The translations under genes and the position numbers were made by a program. A DNA stretch of 64,000 nt from the NCBI GenBank assembly GCA_002269645.1, contig NIVC01000419.1:62001-126000 (forward strand). Reading direction: 5' to 3'. Below are positions 23,323 to 35,072 of the stretch, piece by piece. The notes beneath the pieces are model-generated. The model made no database searches. It worked only from the letters and a program-made list of their open reading frames with translations, and was not told the DNA's origin. The stretch's first letter is position 1. Each line of letters opens with the position of its first letter. Source of the DNA: Macrostomum lignano. Lineage: Eukaryota.

Positions 23323-24924
23323 TTCAAGCCAATGTTGACAGTATGGTTAAAAATTACTATGAGCTACAGACTGATCTGAATAAAGTTACACAGGACCTTG
23401 ATCAAGGCTGCTCTTGAGCGACAACTGTATTATACAATCGCCCGTTCTGCATAAAAGACTCAACGAAACACTCAAGAACTTCTTGCAGTAAAGGTGCAAC
23501 AAAGAAAACTTGTATTAAGATAAACTTTGTCATGAAACTATAGGCGCTTAAAATCCGTTAAAATCATGTACAGGTTCTTCCGGCTAGTTTATTCCGGATT
23601 CTTTAAAGATCGACCATTTCGATTTAAAATTCGAAGTTACAAGCGAAGCTGTCTATCTGCGGTTTTTTATGAGGCTTTTCATTAGTATTCACTCCAGAAT
23701 CAGAGTCTGGAAAAGCATTAAAATCCATATACATATACGAGCGTACTTTTGTTAAGAAATAATCAGAGCGAAACGAAAAATGTCGAACAGATTTTAGATT
23801 CTTGAATGGCCAATATAAAGAGCCGCTATGATAAAGTTTTTAAGTGTTAATAAATTGATTTTTTATCATAATGAGGCAGGCTCGCTAGTTTTATAATACT
23901 TATGTATATTCTATTTTAAATCTACGCCAAAAAAGGCCTAACTACGTATTTTTGTTTAAATGATGTATTTGTTTTAACGAATGATTTTATATTTAGGAAA
24001 ATATTTTGTTTAAGTCGATAAAAGAAATTTGTTATTCACAGACCCGCGCACCCATCCTCCCCTAGTAAAACCTATAAATACAAGCGTTTTCGGGAAACTT
24101 TTTCTTTGCCCGCCGTTTCTCCGATTCGGTTAAGAAAGCAAATCGTGTTGGCTCAGTTACTTGGAAAGCATAAAGGAGAGAAAAGCTGTCAGAAGCCAGG
24201 AGAATAAAGAAGAAAAAAGCTGTGAGAAGCCAGTGAAAGGGGAAGTAAGCGGTCGGCTAGTTGGGCAACGCCGTTATCTCTCAGTATCGCCACCGTGTAG
24301 TTTGCAGTTGCTCACTTTGGAGCTTAGTTGCACTTTTTCTTAATAGTATCGAGACTATATAGAGTCCGCGCTTGTTGTATTCACCTTTTGATTTACTCAA
24401 TAGCAAAAAAGATAGCCGCAGGATCTTCTGCTACAGCTGCTTACGAGTACATGTATATGCCAGTCAGTCAGTTTTTTCTCTAAAAATGATAACAATTTCT
24501 TCACGTTGAAAACTTTGCTTGACCTTTGCAAAGCGCATGAATTATTCGAATTTTCAATCCCCTTAGCACTGAGCTATGTCAACTTAATGCGACTTGCATT
24601 GAATCCGAAAAATTTAAATTGTTCCAACACTCTAAATAGTCGATTGCATACAAGCAAGCAACACGCATGCGAGTATACGCGCGTAAATACAATTCATTTT
24701 TAACATATATGAGCCAGAAGATAGAACAATTCGGTGACGATAATAGATAGTATTTTAGCATATAGGATATTCCAAAATACGCGTACAATATAGAATACAT
24801 TATACAATCTAAAATATACGTTACATTATACAACAGTAGCAGCTGCAAGCACAACTTTGGTGTCATTTTAAAGCGGTACATCCGGCCTTCTTTCCAATGA
24901 ATTCAGTCTTGTGTATTTTGGTGA

Positions 24925-27900
24925 TGTAGTAGGGCATTAATTTAGGGGGAGAATTAGTACCGGGAATTAGTGGCAAGCAGATATGCTTTTACGCTACTAT
25001 CAGTAGTTTCAGCCTGGGGTAATTAGAGTAATTAGAAAGTAATTAGAGTGGGGGTAAATCGCTAGTTTCCGGGATTCTTTAGAAGTATAGAGCAGTTTTG
25101 GGGCGTGGAAAAGCTTTTTGGGCACGGGCTTCCTGACTGGTACGTCGAATCCTCGCTGTCCCCGGGGAGGTTTAGATAAGCCAATTGGGTTTGGGGTAGG
25201 CGTACGCTCTGAGGGTCGGGGGTAGGGGGGCACTTCATAAGACCTAAATTTCACAACGCCTAAAGCACATGACTTCACATCACCTAAATTTCATAACGCC
25301 TAAAATCGAAATTGCAGCCTCCTTCACAACGCCTAAATTTCACATCGCCTAAATTTCATAGCGCTTAAAACCGAAAATGCATCCTACTTCATATCGCCTA
25401 AATTTCACAACGCCTAAAAATCTGCATGCTCTTTCATATCACCTAAACTTCATATCGCCTAAATTTCACAACACCTAAAACTGAATGTGAAGGAGAGAAG
25501 CAAAGATTTTAGGCGTTGTGAAATTTAGGTCTTATGAAAGCGTCCCGGGGGTAGGACCCGCTCTCGGCCTGACTGGCGCCGCTTACCCGGCTCGATGTAC
25601 AGTCCTCTTAGTTCCAATTAGGATTTAAGTGTACACATTATTACACTCCCAACCTGGAAACCTTATTTCACTAGTGGCGTAAGAGCCTGTTCAATGGCTG
25701 AGGCGCCAGATTTACTTATTTTAGTTTAGTTTAGGGCGTAGAAAAGCAGACGCGTGCCGCGGGAAGTCTCAGAAATTAGGAATAGGTAAGAGGCGGGGAA
25801 AATATTGAGAAATACGTAAAACTGTTGGAGGTAGTCGATGCCAAAGACAATGCCTAGCTTGTCGCACAAGTAAAGTAACAATAACCATTGCCTGCTGATT
25901 TTCTCTTTTTTTGAAGTAATAAAGTTTTGTTAAATTGATGAGGACGCACTTTTTTTCCAAATCCCGCGCTAGCACATGGGCTCTAAACTTACTAGCCTAC
26001 TGACAGCAGGCTAAGGGCATTTTTATCCTTTTTCTGCGAATTGTCATAGAATCTATACTAGATATAATGTTTGGTCATACTAGTAGTCATAATAACATAG
26101 GCGCAGCTTTTTGGGTCATAAATCATCGCTTTCGAAGCTGGTCTGACAGCCACCTGCGTCTCACTCAGTGTTGAGGCGGACGCCAGATGGTCTGAGAGGA
26201 TGCGGGCAGTAGCTTTTTTCTGACCATTTTGACAGGCCATCAAGATTTATGAGGTCAGAGCCTATTGTTCGTGTTCACTCAAGCGTGTGACAGCTTTGAC
26301 AGCTATGCGTTTTACCCTTAAAAGTACTCGTACTTTGGGATTAGCGATTAGTGATTTCTCTTCATTATCTTCACTTTCTATTTAATAAGAGCTTTCTAAT
26401 GTATATTTTTTCATTAATTTCTGTCAATCCTACGCGAAAAGTCATAAATCAATTTGTTGCGATTTTGATTGATTTATGACCGCACCTGTCATTTTTTACG
26501 ACCCTGTGGGAACTGATAGGATCTCCCGGTCACGTGATTCTGGGTAGCAACAAGCTTAGCCAATCAGAAAATTCGGCGCTCATTTTAACAAAACGGCTCA
26601 GCCAATCAGAATCGACGTGTTCCATTATAACAAACTGCGGTCCAGTTGGCGGCTATTTAAACCGGTGTTTTTGGGCCGCTCGGACCTCAACCGGCTCTCC
26701 CGCGGAGGAACCTTCCCGACATTTCTGGTTCCCGGAGCCCGACCGTCGTTTCTTGATCCCCGGATTGCGACTTCCCCCTCATCATCAGGGACGAGTCCCC
26801 CGTTCATCAGCAGCGAACATCAAAGTTAAGATCATCACCTGCTGGCTATCAGCGAAGATTGTGTCAGCATCATCCCTAGTCTACAGCTGCGAAGCATCAA
26901 GCCGATTCGGTCACTGTGGATTTCCTGGTCTCCGGCTGTTGAGTTTCTGATTGGTTGGGTGAGAGGCTACCTAGACTTGCTTGATTGGGTGATCCCTTAT
27001 CTGTCCCCTGTTTCAGTAGCTGAATTAGGCGCACACTTTTGCTCACTTTGTTCAGTAGTGCTGTTGCTGAGGCAGAAGTCATTCAATAATACTGCTAGTA
27101 GTCTAAACTCCAATTCAATCTGAAGTGTGAAGTGATCTAAGGAGAAGGTTAAATCTAACAGTTATTTTTATCGGTTTTATTTCTTTGTTCGCCGATGGCT
27201 CAGATGAGTAGCTAAGCTAGTAGGCGCCGGTCACAGTGGACCAATGGCAAGGCAGTTCTCAGTCGATCAATCTATCAAATCAGTTAGCGAAGCTGCCAGG
27301 AGTGCAGAATCGGCGCCAGAGATGTACTTTGTGCACTCTAGGTTAGCCAAGCGGCTCGGGGATTGAATCATGCGGTCTCTGAGGTTCGAGTTAGCCTATC
27401 ATCAGCGCTATGAGAGGCTAGTTGGCGCGTCGAAGGCCAAAAGTACAATTCTTCGCATTTAGCAATGTAATAGTACATGTAGCTACCCCATAGCCTCGCC
27501 ACTATAAGAATCCCCTGCACAAGTCCCCTCTGTACCTGCATGGCCAATGCGATCTAGTCCCAGCAGTGTCCCTTATCATCGGCTATGACTTCGAGATAGA
27601 CAGCAAAAAGACACTAGTTGGCAGGTAAGTGCAAAGCCCCTTCTAGTCGGAAGCCCGATTTCGAGAGTCCCGGTGTGGTGAGCCAGGGCGCACGGGCTGG
27701 TGGCAGCGAGTTAGTTGATCTGCGGATTAGCTAATTTCTACTTTCAAAATTCTCCCTGCTCATCTCTCGCTGTCCCTCTCTTAGCTATAGGACCTAGACT
27801 GCTCGCCACACGATCAAGCTACCATGGGGCTGACCATCAGACAGGAGTGGGGGGCCAGGACTCTAATTGATTTATTTCTGAGACCTGAGGCCCGAAGGCT

Positions 27901-28107
27901 TCCCCAGGAGGGGGCCGAAAGGCCGAAACCCATCAAAATATTTGGTTTTCCTGTGTCACTCCTTATCACTAAATTAATAGGAATAGGGAAGCAGGAAGCC
28001 TGGTGGCAGCAAACCTACCAAACCTCAAACAATAGCAAGTAAAATCCACTAAAAATCCTTAGCGAATAGAAAACCAGTAGCCCAAACCGCAAGAAACGCC
28101 CATTCCA
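24925..28107 (+). mobile_element. LTR-like element (expanded solo LTR with nested inserts)
   Basis: Begins TGTAGTAGGGCATT, ends ...ATTCCA, and is flanked by 4-bp TSD GTGA (24921-24924, 28108-28111). The first ~190 bp and last ~130 bp match the 553-bp copy at 55457-56009. Confidence 0.7.
25227..25546. mobile_element. MULE/Mutator-like MITE with internal CCTAAATTTCACAACGCCTAAA repeats
   Basis: TIRs GGG.C.CTTCATAAGACCTAAATTTCACAACGCCTAAA and the reverse complement at 25507-25546. 9-bp TSD GGGGGTAGG (25218-25226, 25547-25555). Superfamily inferred from TSD length and GGG termini. Confidence 0.75.
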
Positions 28108-28461
28108 GTGATTTTATACAAAATTTATGTGTGAAAAACCATCGCAATACCACAAGTGTTCTGTTCTGTCCTCAAAGAAACGAATTGTACGATCGAGTCA
28201 TTCATCATAATCATCAACCTTCAAGGCAGCCTTCTCAACATTGTCTCTATCTGTAGCAACACACTTTTCCCCATCGCTTGAGCATTCCGTCAATCGCACT
28301 AGAGTAGCATTTTCTTAAAAGATCATGGGAGAGAATGCGCCGAACCTTGTCTTCCAAATGATCCCAGTGGTAGACAGTACAACGTCTCACTGCATCTAAC
28401 CCATGAATTGATGTCAAATGGGAATGGATCCCTGCACCCTTATTTCCGATGCTTCAAGGTA

Positions 28462-29429
28462 CTTCGGGTGTGTCATAAGTAATGTCACTGCAGGCCTCTG
28501 TCTAAAATATGTAGGCACATGGACTTGTGGGTAGTGTAGCTGCAAAGTATACTTAGTGAAGCAATAGCAGTGCATTTGAGACGTGCATAGGTTGTTTATG
28601 GCCCAAGCTATCGAAAGAATACGCCAAGCAGATTTAGCAAGTGCAACGCGATGAAAAATCGTCTATGCAGCGAACAAAAATCATCATGAATCTCGACATG
28701 ACGCCTGCACCAAGCAGATCCGCAAGGTGTTTAGCAGCCAGGGCTTGAATGACATCCTAAACTGCCTGGTTGCTGAGGATGAAAGCTGGCTCCACCTGGA
28801 TGGCAAGGGCAGCAAGGCAGATAATCGCTGCTGGTTGGGAGCTGGGGACTTCAGGCCGATGGTGACTAGGAAGTCCATCTCGGACAAGAAGACCATGCTG
28901 CTGGTAGCCTTCACGCCAAACAAACGAGTCTCCATCTGCACAACTCCACCGAACACCAAGGTCGATGGCCAGTACTTTATCGACTTTTTCCGGCACACTG
29001 GGGACCTCTGGTGCACTCTCCGGTCAAATCCATGTCACCTGGACGAGGTTCTGTGGCAAATGGACACCGCACGGCTGCACACCTGAAGGCTGTTTCGAAT
29101 TTTCTGCCTGCACGGCAAGTGAATATGCTCTGACAGTCCCTACAGCCCAGACTTCAACTTTTGCAAGAGATTCCTGTTCAAATGGCTGAAGGCTGACTTT
29201 TCCAAGAAGAGTTTCGCAAACCATGAAGAGGTAAAACAGGCTGCGTTGCACTGGTTATGGCAGTTGGAGGAAAAACACCTGCAGGCTGAGGTGGACAAGC
29301 TGTATGAGCATTGCCAGAGGGTGATTGATATTGGGGACTCTATGCTGTTGAGTGGTACAGTTTTGTTCATCTGCGATTGCAAGTTCGTCTGTTTTCACAT
29401 CAGTGACATTACTTATGACACACCCGAAG
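28462..29429 (+). mobile_element. Internally deleted mariner (Tc1/mariner) transposon
   Basis: Perfect 29-bp TIRs CTTCGGGTGTGTCATAAGTAATGTCACTG with TA on both sides. Transposase motifs LVAEDESW, WQMDTARLHT and YSPDFN are present, with a stop and frameshifts; the third catalytic D is not seen. Confidence 0.92.
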
Positions 29430-30228
29430 TATAAGTATTCCGTGTCTTTGGCCTACTTTAGATTGCACACTCATGAAGATGTACTCCTACTTGTTATGAA
29501 CTTCAACTTTTACTGTAAGACTGTCTGTGACATTGCGATGGTTTTCACACATCAATTTTTTAAAGAAATGACTCAAATACACGCGACTTGATTCATTGGA
29601 AAGAAGAAACGTGCCGCTTTAAAATGACATCAAATTAGTGCTTGCAGCTGCTACTGTTTTTGTTTTGGGATTTAAAGTGTCAGAAATTTCCGGACACCCC
29701 TCGTAAAATATATTGTGACGACTGATCAGGTCAACTTTCGCAGACGTCAGACCGTTTAGAATATCGACCAGACGGTTGCCCTAGGGTAGCAAACCTAATA
29801 CAGTAGCCCATGCCCAGTTTTGCACAGTCTACTGGATTCTACTGTCTCTGTACTTGAGTCTTAGCCCAGTGCAGTACTGCAGCTTTACGGTAAGTACAGT
29901 ATATACACAGAGGAAGAGTTAAAACCGCCGCCACCCTAGATAAAGAATTGGCAGAGCGATTGACTTCAACTCACTATACTGCAATACACTGCAAGGCTGA
30001 CTGAGTTTCGGGTGGCAGTTTTGTCTGTTGCTGACTGTATGTACGAGTACAATCCATACACTATACAGTGGTCCCAGAGTGAGCACCACAAAGCGAAAAC
30101 TCATATACACTAACTACTAATACGCTCTGTGAGTACTTCACACGTAACGTCCCTGTTTCTCTCTCTCCTTGCTTTCTTATCTTTCGTAGTGAAGTTCTTA
30201 AAATTTTCTGAGCGGCATATCGACTAGC

Positions 30229-31784
30229 ATGAGTTCTAGCTGTAACAACAGCGGATCAGAATTATTAGACAGGATTGACTCATTATCCATACAGCTTGTG
30301 AAGGTTTTCTATGGCGATCTAGTTCAGGCAGAACCTGGCATTGGAACCTTGTAAGTTTTATAGCTTACATTAGTTAGTAAGGATTGTGTCGGCCTACTGG
30401 TAATGAGTTCTTTTCTTTATTACTGCTGTCAATACTCGTATGTACGCTCGTAATTTTTATTTTCCAGACCCAGCGGCAGCGCCTCTTCATCTGAGCCATC
30501 GGATTCAGAGTACATGTAGGTTATTTGCATTAGTCAACCTTGTTTAAAGCTCTTTCCGCAACTTCATTTGCGCTCCAATTTTCATTCTTAAATTATAGTT
30601 TTTCACTAACGTTGGCTATTTTCAGGTCTTCTCCATCAACGAAAATCGTTGGATCAACAGAACACGAATGCCTGTCACACATTCGACAAGAGCGAGACGG
30701 ATTGAAGGCTCAATACTTAGGAATGGAGCAGTGCATCAATCGAATGCAAGATGAGTTGAGGGAACTTGAAAAATTAAAACACATCAACGGCTCACTGAAA
30801 TCCATGTTGAAGCGCGAAACTTGGAAAGTGACCAACCTGCAGGATTCAAAGCAAAGCTTGGAAAAACAGTTGAAACAGTCGTCTCAGGAAAATCAGCTAC
30901 TGAAGTCGCAGCTGGCTGACTTGTCAGGACAATGTGATGGGAGCAGAAAAAATGCTGAGGAAGCTCAAGCCATGGCCGAGCAATCAAATGCCAAACTGGC
31001 AGATTCGCAGCACTTCTGCGATGCACTGCAAGAGGCTCTGAACTACAACAGGACTCAACTGGAAGCCAAGGCAGCCTCTGAGCAGCAGCTGAGGCGAGAC
31101 ATCGAAGAAAAGAGTCATATGGTCTTATTTGCACGGCTCAGGGCGCAAGAGGAGGCTCTGCATCAATCTCGTCAGGCCAATAGGTCATTGGAATCAGAGA
31201 TGGATCGCATGACTCAAGCTATGGAAGAACAGGAAACTGCCAAACAGAGTTTACAGGAGACCGTACGGAAGCTGAGAAAGGAAAATCAAATGCTCCAGTC
31301 TCAGTTGCAGACTCTCAATAAATCTAAAACATTTTCTGATCAGAATTTCGAAGAGATGAGGAAAAAAATTAAGAGTGTATTGATTGACTTCGAAAAGCAA
31401 GATGAGGCTCTTCATAATGCAAAGAAGCTGAAAAAATTGCTGGAGACCGATGTCAAGGAAAAGACGTTGGCCCTTGTTGAGCTAAAAAATTCTGAGAAGA
31501 GGACTCAAGCAGAATTAACGGAGGCGCGGTTGGTTGTTGCCAAATTGGAAAACAGGTTCTCTGCTCTATTGAGGGAATTCGAAGCTCAAACTAGATCCCT
31601 AAACCAAAGTAAAGAGTCGACAATATCGTTAACAACCCAACTTAAAGGTAAGGACTCAGTCTTGGCAAAGTGGGAAACTGAGCGTCAAACTCTTCAGGAT
31701 GAGTTGATGCAGAAAAGGCGAACTTTAAGTTTTATGCTATTGATACTATTTATACTAGTCATTTTATGGCTAAGAAAGCCATGA
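30229..31784 (+). CDS. Coiled-coil family gene U2 (3 exons, about 440 aa, tail-anchor-like C-terminus)
   Basis: Exons 30229-30350, 30468-30509 (weak donor GTACAT) and 30626-31784, phase-2 introns, in frame. Ends RRTLSFMLLILFILVILWLRKP*. Confidence 0.85.
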
Positions 31785-32929
31785 GCTGCAGACTGATCTG
31801 AATAAAGTCACGCAGGACCTTGATCAAGGCCGCTCTGGAGCGAAACCTGAATCATACAATCGCCGTTCTACAATTTGCATGAAAGACTCAACAAAAGATT
31901 CTAGAACTTGTTGCAGTGAAGGTGCAGCTATAAGAAAACTTGTATTAGATCTTAATTTATTCATTTGTGACAAGCTGAAGAGACTGTTAGAATAAAATAC
32001 AGTTTAACCAATTAAAACGATGGTGTAAAATCCCTAATCCTATAACTACACTGTATATCTTTGATTTTTCAAATTAGAGTAACAACCACAGCTATGAAAC
32101 CCATTCTGAAAGAAAGAAAAAATGTCATTAAAAGTTCTGAAAAGATTTTGGGTCTGGAATTGTTAATATGAAAAGCCCTTCTTCACAACCGAAGTTTGAA
32201 GCTATTGAAGTTCGATTTTGCCATCACAGATTTACAAGTCTGTGGAAATGTTCCGATTTTCAAGAATTTTCTAAATTTGTACATGTATTCAAAGTACTAT
32301 GACCAATAAAAAATATCTCTATTTTCGGCGCCGCGCGCACTTTGAATGTCATTTTCCTCATTTTATTTAGCCATCACTGTGTAAATTATTTTTTGTCTGA
32401 TTATACCTAACAGCCACTGCGGTTTAACTAATATATATTCTATTCATTTCGGTACACGACAATATAGGTAATTTATGGCTTCTCTGCTACTCGTTACTTA
32501 TTGAAAGGGCTTTGAAGCTACCTTCATAAAGGAGAGCATTGTCGTTTACAGTGCGATACTACGCATAACTTGTTGTCTTGTGGTCTCAAAATGGGATACT
32601 GCTTGCCTAACAAACTCACTCCTTCCAGGATTTTTTACCCCTTTTAGGATGAGCCCGGTTTCAATGATTGTACAATATGGGCGTATTTTAAAATAATGCA
32701 TACTAGTGAATAATTTATGCGATTTCTCAATAAAATATATTCGATTTTGTCTATTTTATTTCGATAATAGATCATTTATTCATGTATATTAAGAATCTCT
32801 CTGATTAATTTATTCAATCAACAATTGAGTCTTCAACAAAAATTGGACAATCTCGCTCTGAAGACGCATCTTGTCTGTTGAGTCGAGTAGAAGATGTTGC
32901 TGACGCTTGCTGCGGGTTTTCGAGTCGTT

Positions 32930-33110
32930 GACAGGACCTTTGGCGCATTAAGAAAAACTGTAGGCACAGCATCGAGCTTCAGATACGTATCGCTTTTGCA
33001 CGCCGTTGTCTCTGATCTTGCGCAAATGCTAAAGGAGTCGGCCTGAGACGTTTCAATGAAATTTTGTCCGAAAAGTGCAATAAGCATATTCGGATGTACT
33101 TTGTAAATTC
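32930..33110 (-). pseudogene. Frameshifted THAP zinc-finger domain remnant (probably DNA-transposon derived)
   Basis: IRICLLHFS (33092-33072 region) and, in another frame, YLKLDAVPTVF (32970-32953 region) match the THAP CxxHF and AVPTIF motifs in the expected order. Confidence 0.55.
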
Positions 33111-33402
33111 TTTAAAAGAATCTATGAAAATTGTCCCTATTGGCACGCTGAGAGAAAATCAACTTACAGAGGAGTCGAGAGAAGACTTGAACAGGTTGAG
33201 CAATCGAACCGATCGTTGGAAGAACAGCTGGCAAATCGAGCTCAGGACGACCCATGAGCGTCTGTCGAGACTAAATCAAAGGTTGGAATAGAACTTTATT
33301 AGCTGAGACAAGAGAGCCAGTGCCTGTTATCGCTGCTAGATGACCTGATACAGCAAAGGTGATGAAGCGCTACAATTGCCAGATGTACTACTTAAAATTA
33401 TT

Positions 33403-35072
33403 GCCATCGGATTCTGAGTAAGTGTGCATGGCGGAGACAATAGAATATTGGTCTGTTTTAGTCCGTTTCAAGCAAAAAATTTCGCCGAAGAAACGTCCCA
33501 ATTATATCCCCAGGGTTTTGCATTAGTCTACCTGGTTTGTAGCTTATTCTGCAGCTGAATTAGCGCAACTATTTTACTCGTAAAGTGATTGTTTTTTAAC
33601 AACGTCGACTCATTCTCAGGCGATCTGAGGAGGAACCAATCGACATTTCAATTCCATCCACAGAAGAAGTGGCCACCGAGACAGTTGGATCAACAGAACA
33701 CGAATGCCTGTCACACATTCGACAAGAGCGAGACGGATTGAAGGCTCAATGCTTAGAAATGGAGCAGTGCAATAGTCTATTGCAAGATGAATTGAGGGAA
33801 CTTGAAAAAGTGAAGCACATCAACGGCTCACTGGAATCCCAGTTGGAGAGCAAAGTTTGGCAAGTGACCAACCTGCAGGCTTCAAAGCAAAACGTGGAAA
33901 AAGCGCTGAACCAATTGACTCAGGAAAATCAGCTACTGAAGTCGCAGCTGGCTGACTTGTCGGCCCAATGTGATGAGAGCAGAAGAAATGCTGAGGAAGC
34001 TCAAGCCGTGGCCGACCAATCTAATATTAAACTGGCACGTTGGCAGCAGTTGTGCGATGAACTGCAAGAGGCACTGAATCGCAGCAAGACTCAACTGGAA
34101 GCCAAGGCAGCCTCTGAGCAGCAGCTGAGGCGATCCATCGAAGACCTCAGTAGGGAAAAAGAAGGAGAAAAGACGACTCTACTCAAAAATAATGAAGCCG
34201 AAAAAAAGAGGAATACGGACTTAGTTGCGCGGCTCAAGGTGCAAGAGGAGGCTCTGCGTCAATTTCGTCAGGCCAAGACGTCGTTAGAGTCAGAATTGGG
34301 TCGTATGACTCAATCTATTGAAGAACTGGAAACTGCCAAACGGAGTTTACAGCAGACCACACGGAAGCTGAGAAAGGAAAATCAAATGCTCCAATCTCAG
34401 TTGCAGATGCTCAATAATTCGAACAAAGTTTCTGAGCAGAAATTCGAAAAGTTGAGTAAAGACCTTGTTCAAAAGACTACTCTGGAGCGACAACTGAATC
34501 ATACAATCGCCGCTCTGCATGAAAGACTCAACCGCCATGCTGAAGAGTCGGACAACAGGCTGAAGGAAGCGAAGCGAATTCAGAATGAGCTATACGGAAA
34601 AGTTTGCGAACATCAGAATCTCAGACAGAAATGCGAGAAGGAACTTGTTGCATTGAAGGTGCAACTGGAACGCAATAAACGTCAGTTGCATATGGCGCAG
34701 AATCGGATGCGACAAGCAGCTGCGTTGCTTTTGGATACAACTGATTCTGGACCTTCTGCTTAAATTTTTAAGCGGGAAAACTTCGAAAACCATGATGTCA
34801 TGAAACATAATAGTGAATCTCTGGCTGAACGCTCAGCGACGCATTCTAGAGAATAGGACCTGAAACTGTTTCAGGTGCAGGATAATCTAGATCCGGCTGT
34901 CCAACTCTTGCTGCTGTCAGATGAACGCTTTCAACAATCGCAAGAAGTGGCAGATGAATTCCATTGTTATTCGGATGACTTGGAAATTGAAATGGATGCA
35001 CTGAAACAGCAGCTGCTTGAAGTCAAACGACGACTTGGTGACGTTGTTGCGACGTTCAAATCGGTGCGTTAA
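33403..35072 (+). pseudogene. Coiled-coil family copy U3 (5'-truncated, internally deleted, premature stops)
   Basis: Only the last 15 nt of exon 2 remain (gccatcggattctga|gtaagt). Exon 3 starts at 33620. A large deletion fuses KVSEQKFE to QKTTLERQL. TAA occurs at 34761-34763 and 35070-35072, where U4 and U6 have Gln codons. Confidence 0.8.

Larger units (their letters stand above)
24833..29702. mobile_element. Outer non-autonomous Tc1/mariner-like element with long imperfect TIRs, hosting nested insertions
   Basis: The right end ...CCGGACACCCCTCG|TA is at 29702. Sequence 29530-29660 is the inverted counterpart of 24833-24924 plus 28112-28150 (AACAGTAGCAGCTGCAAGCAC...GTCATTTTAAAGCGG...; ATGTGTGAAAA(A)CCATCGCAAT). 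The outermost left ~45 bp are missing. Confidence 0.6.
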
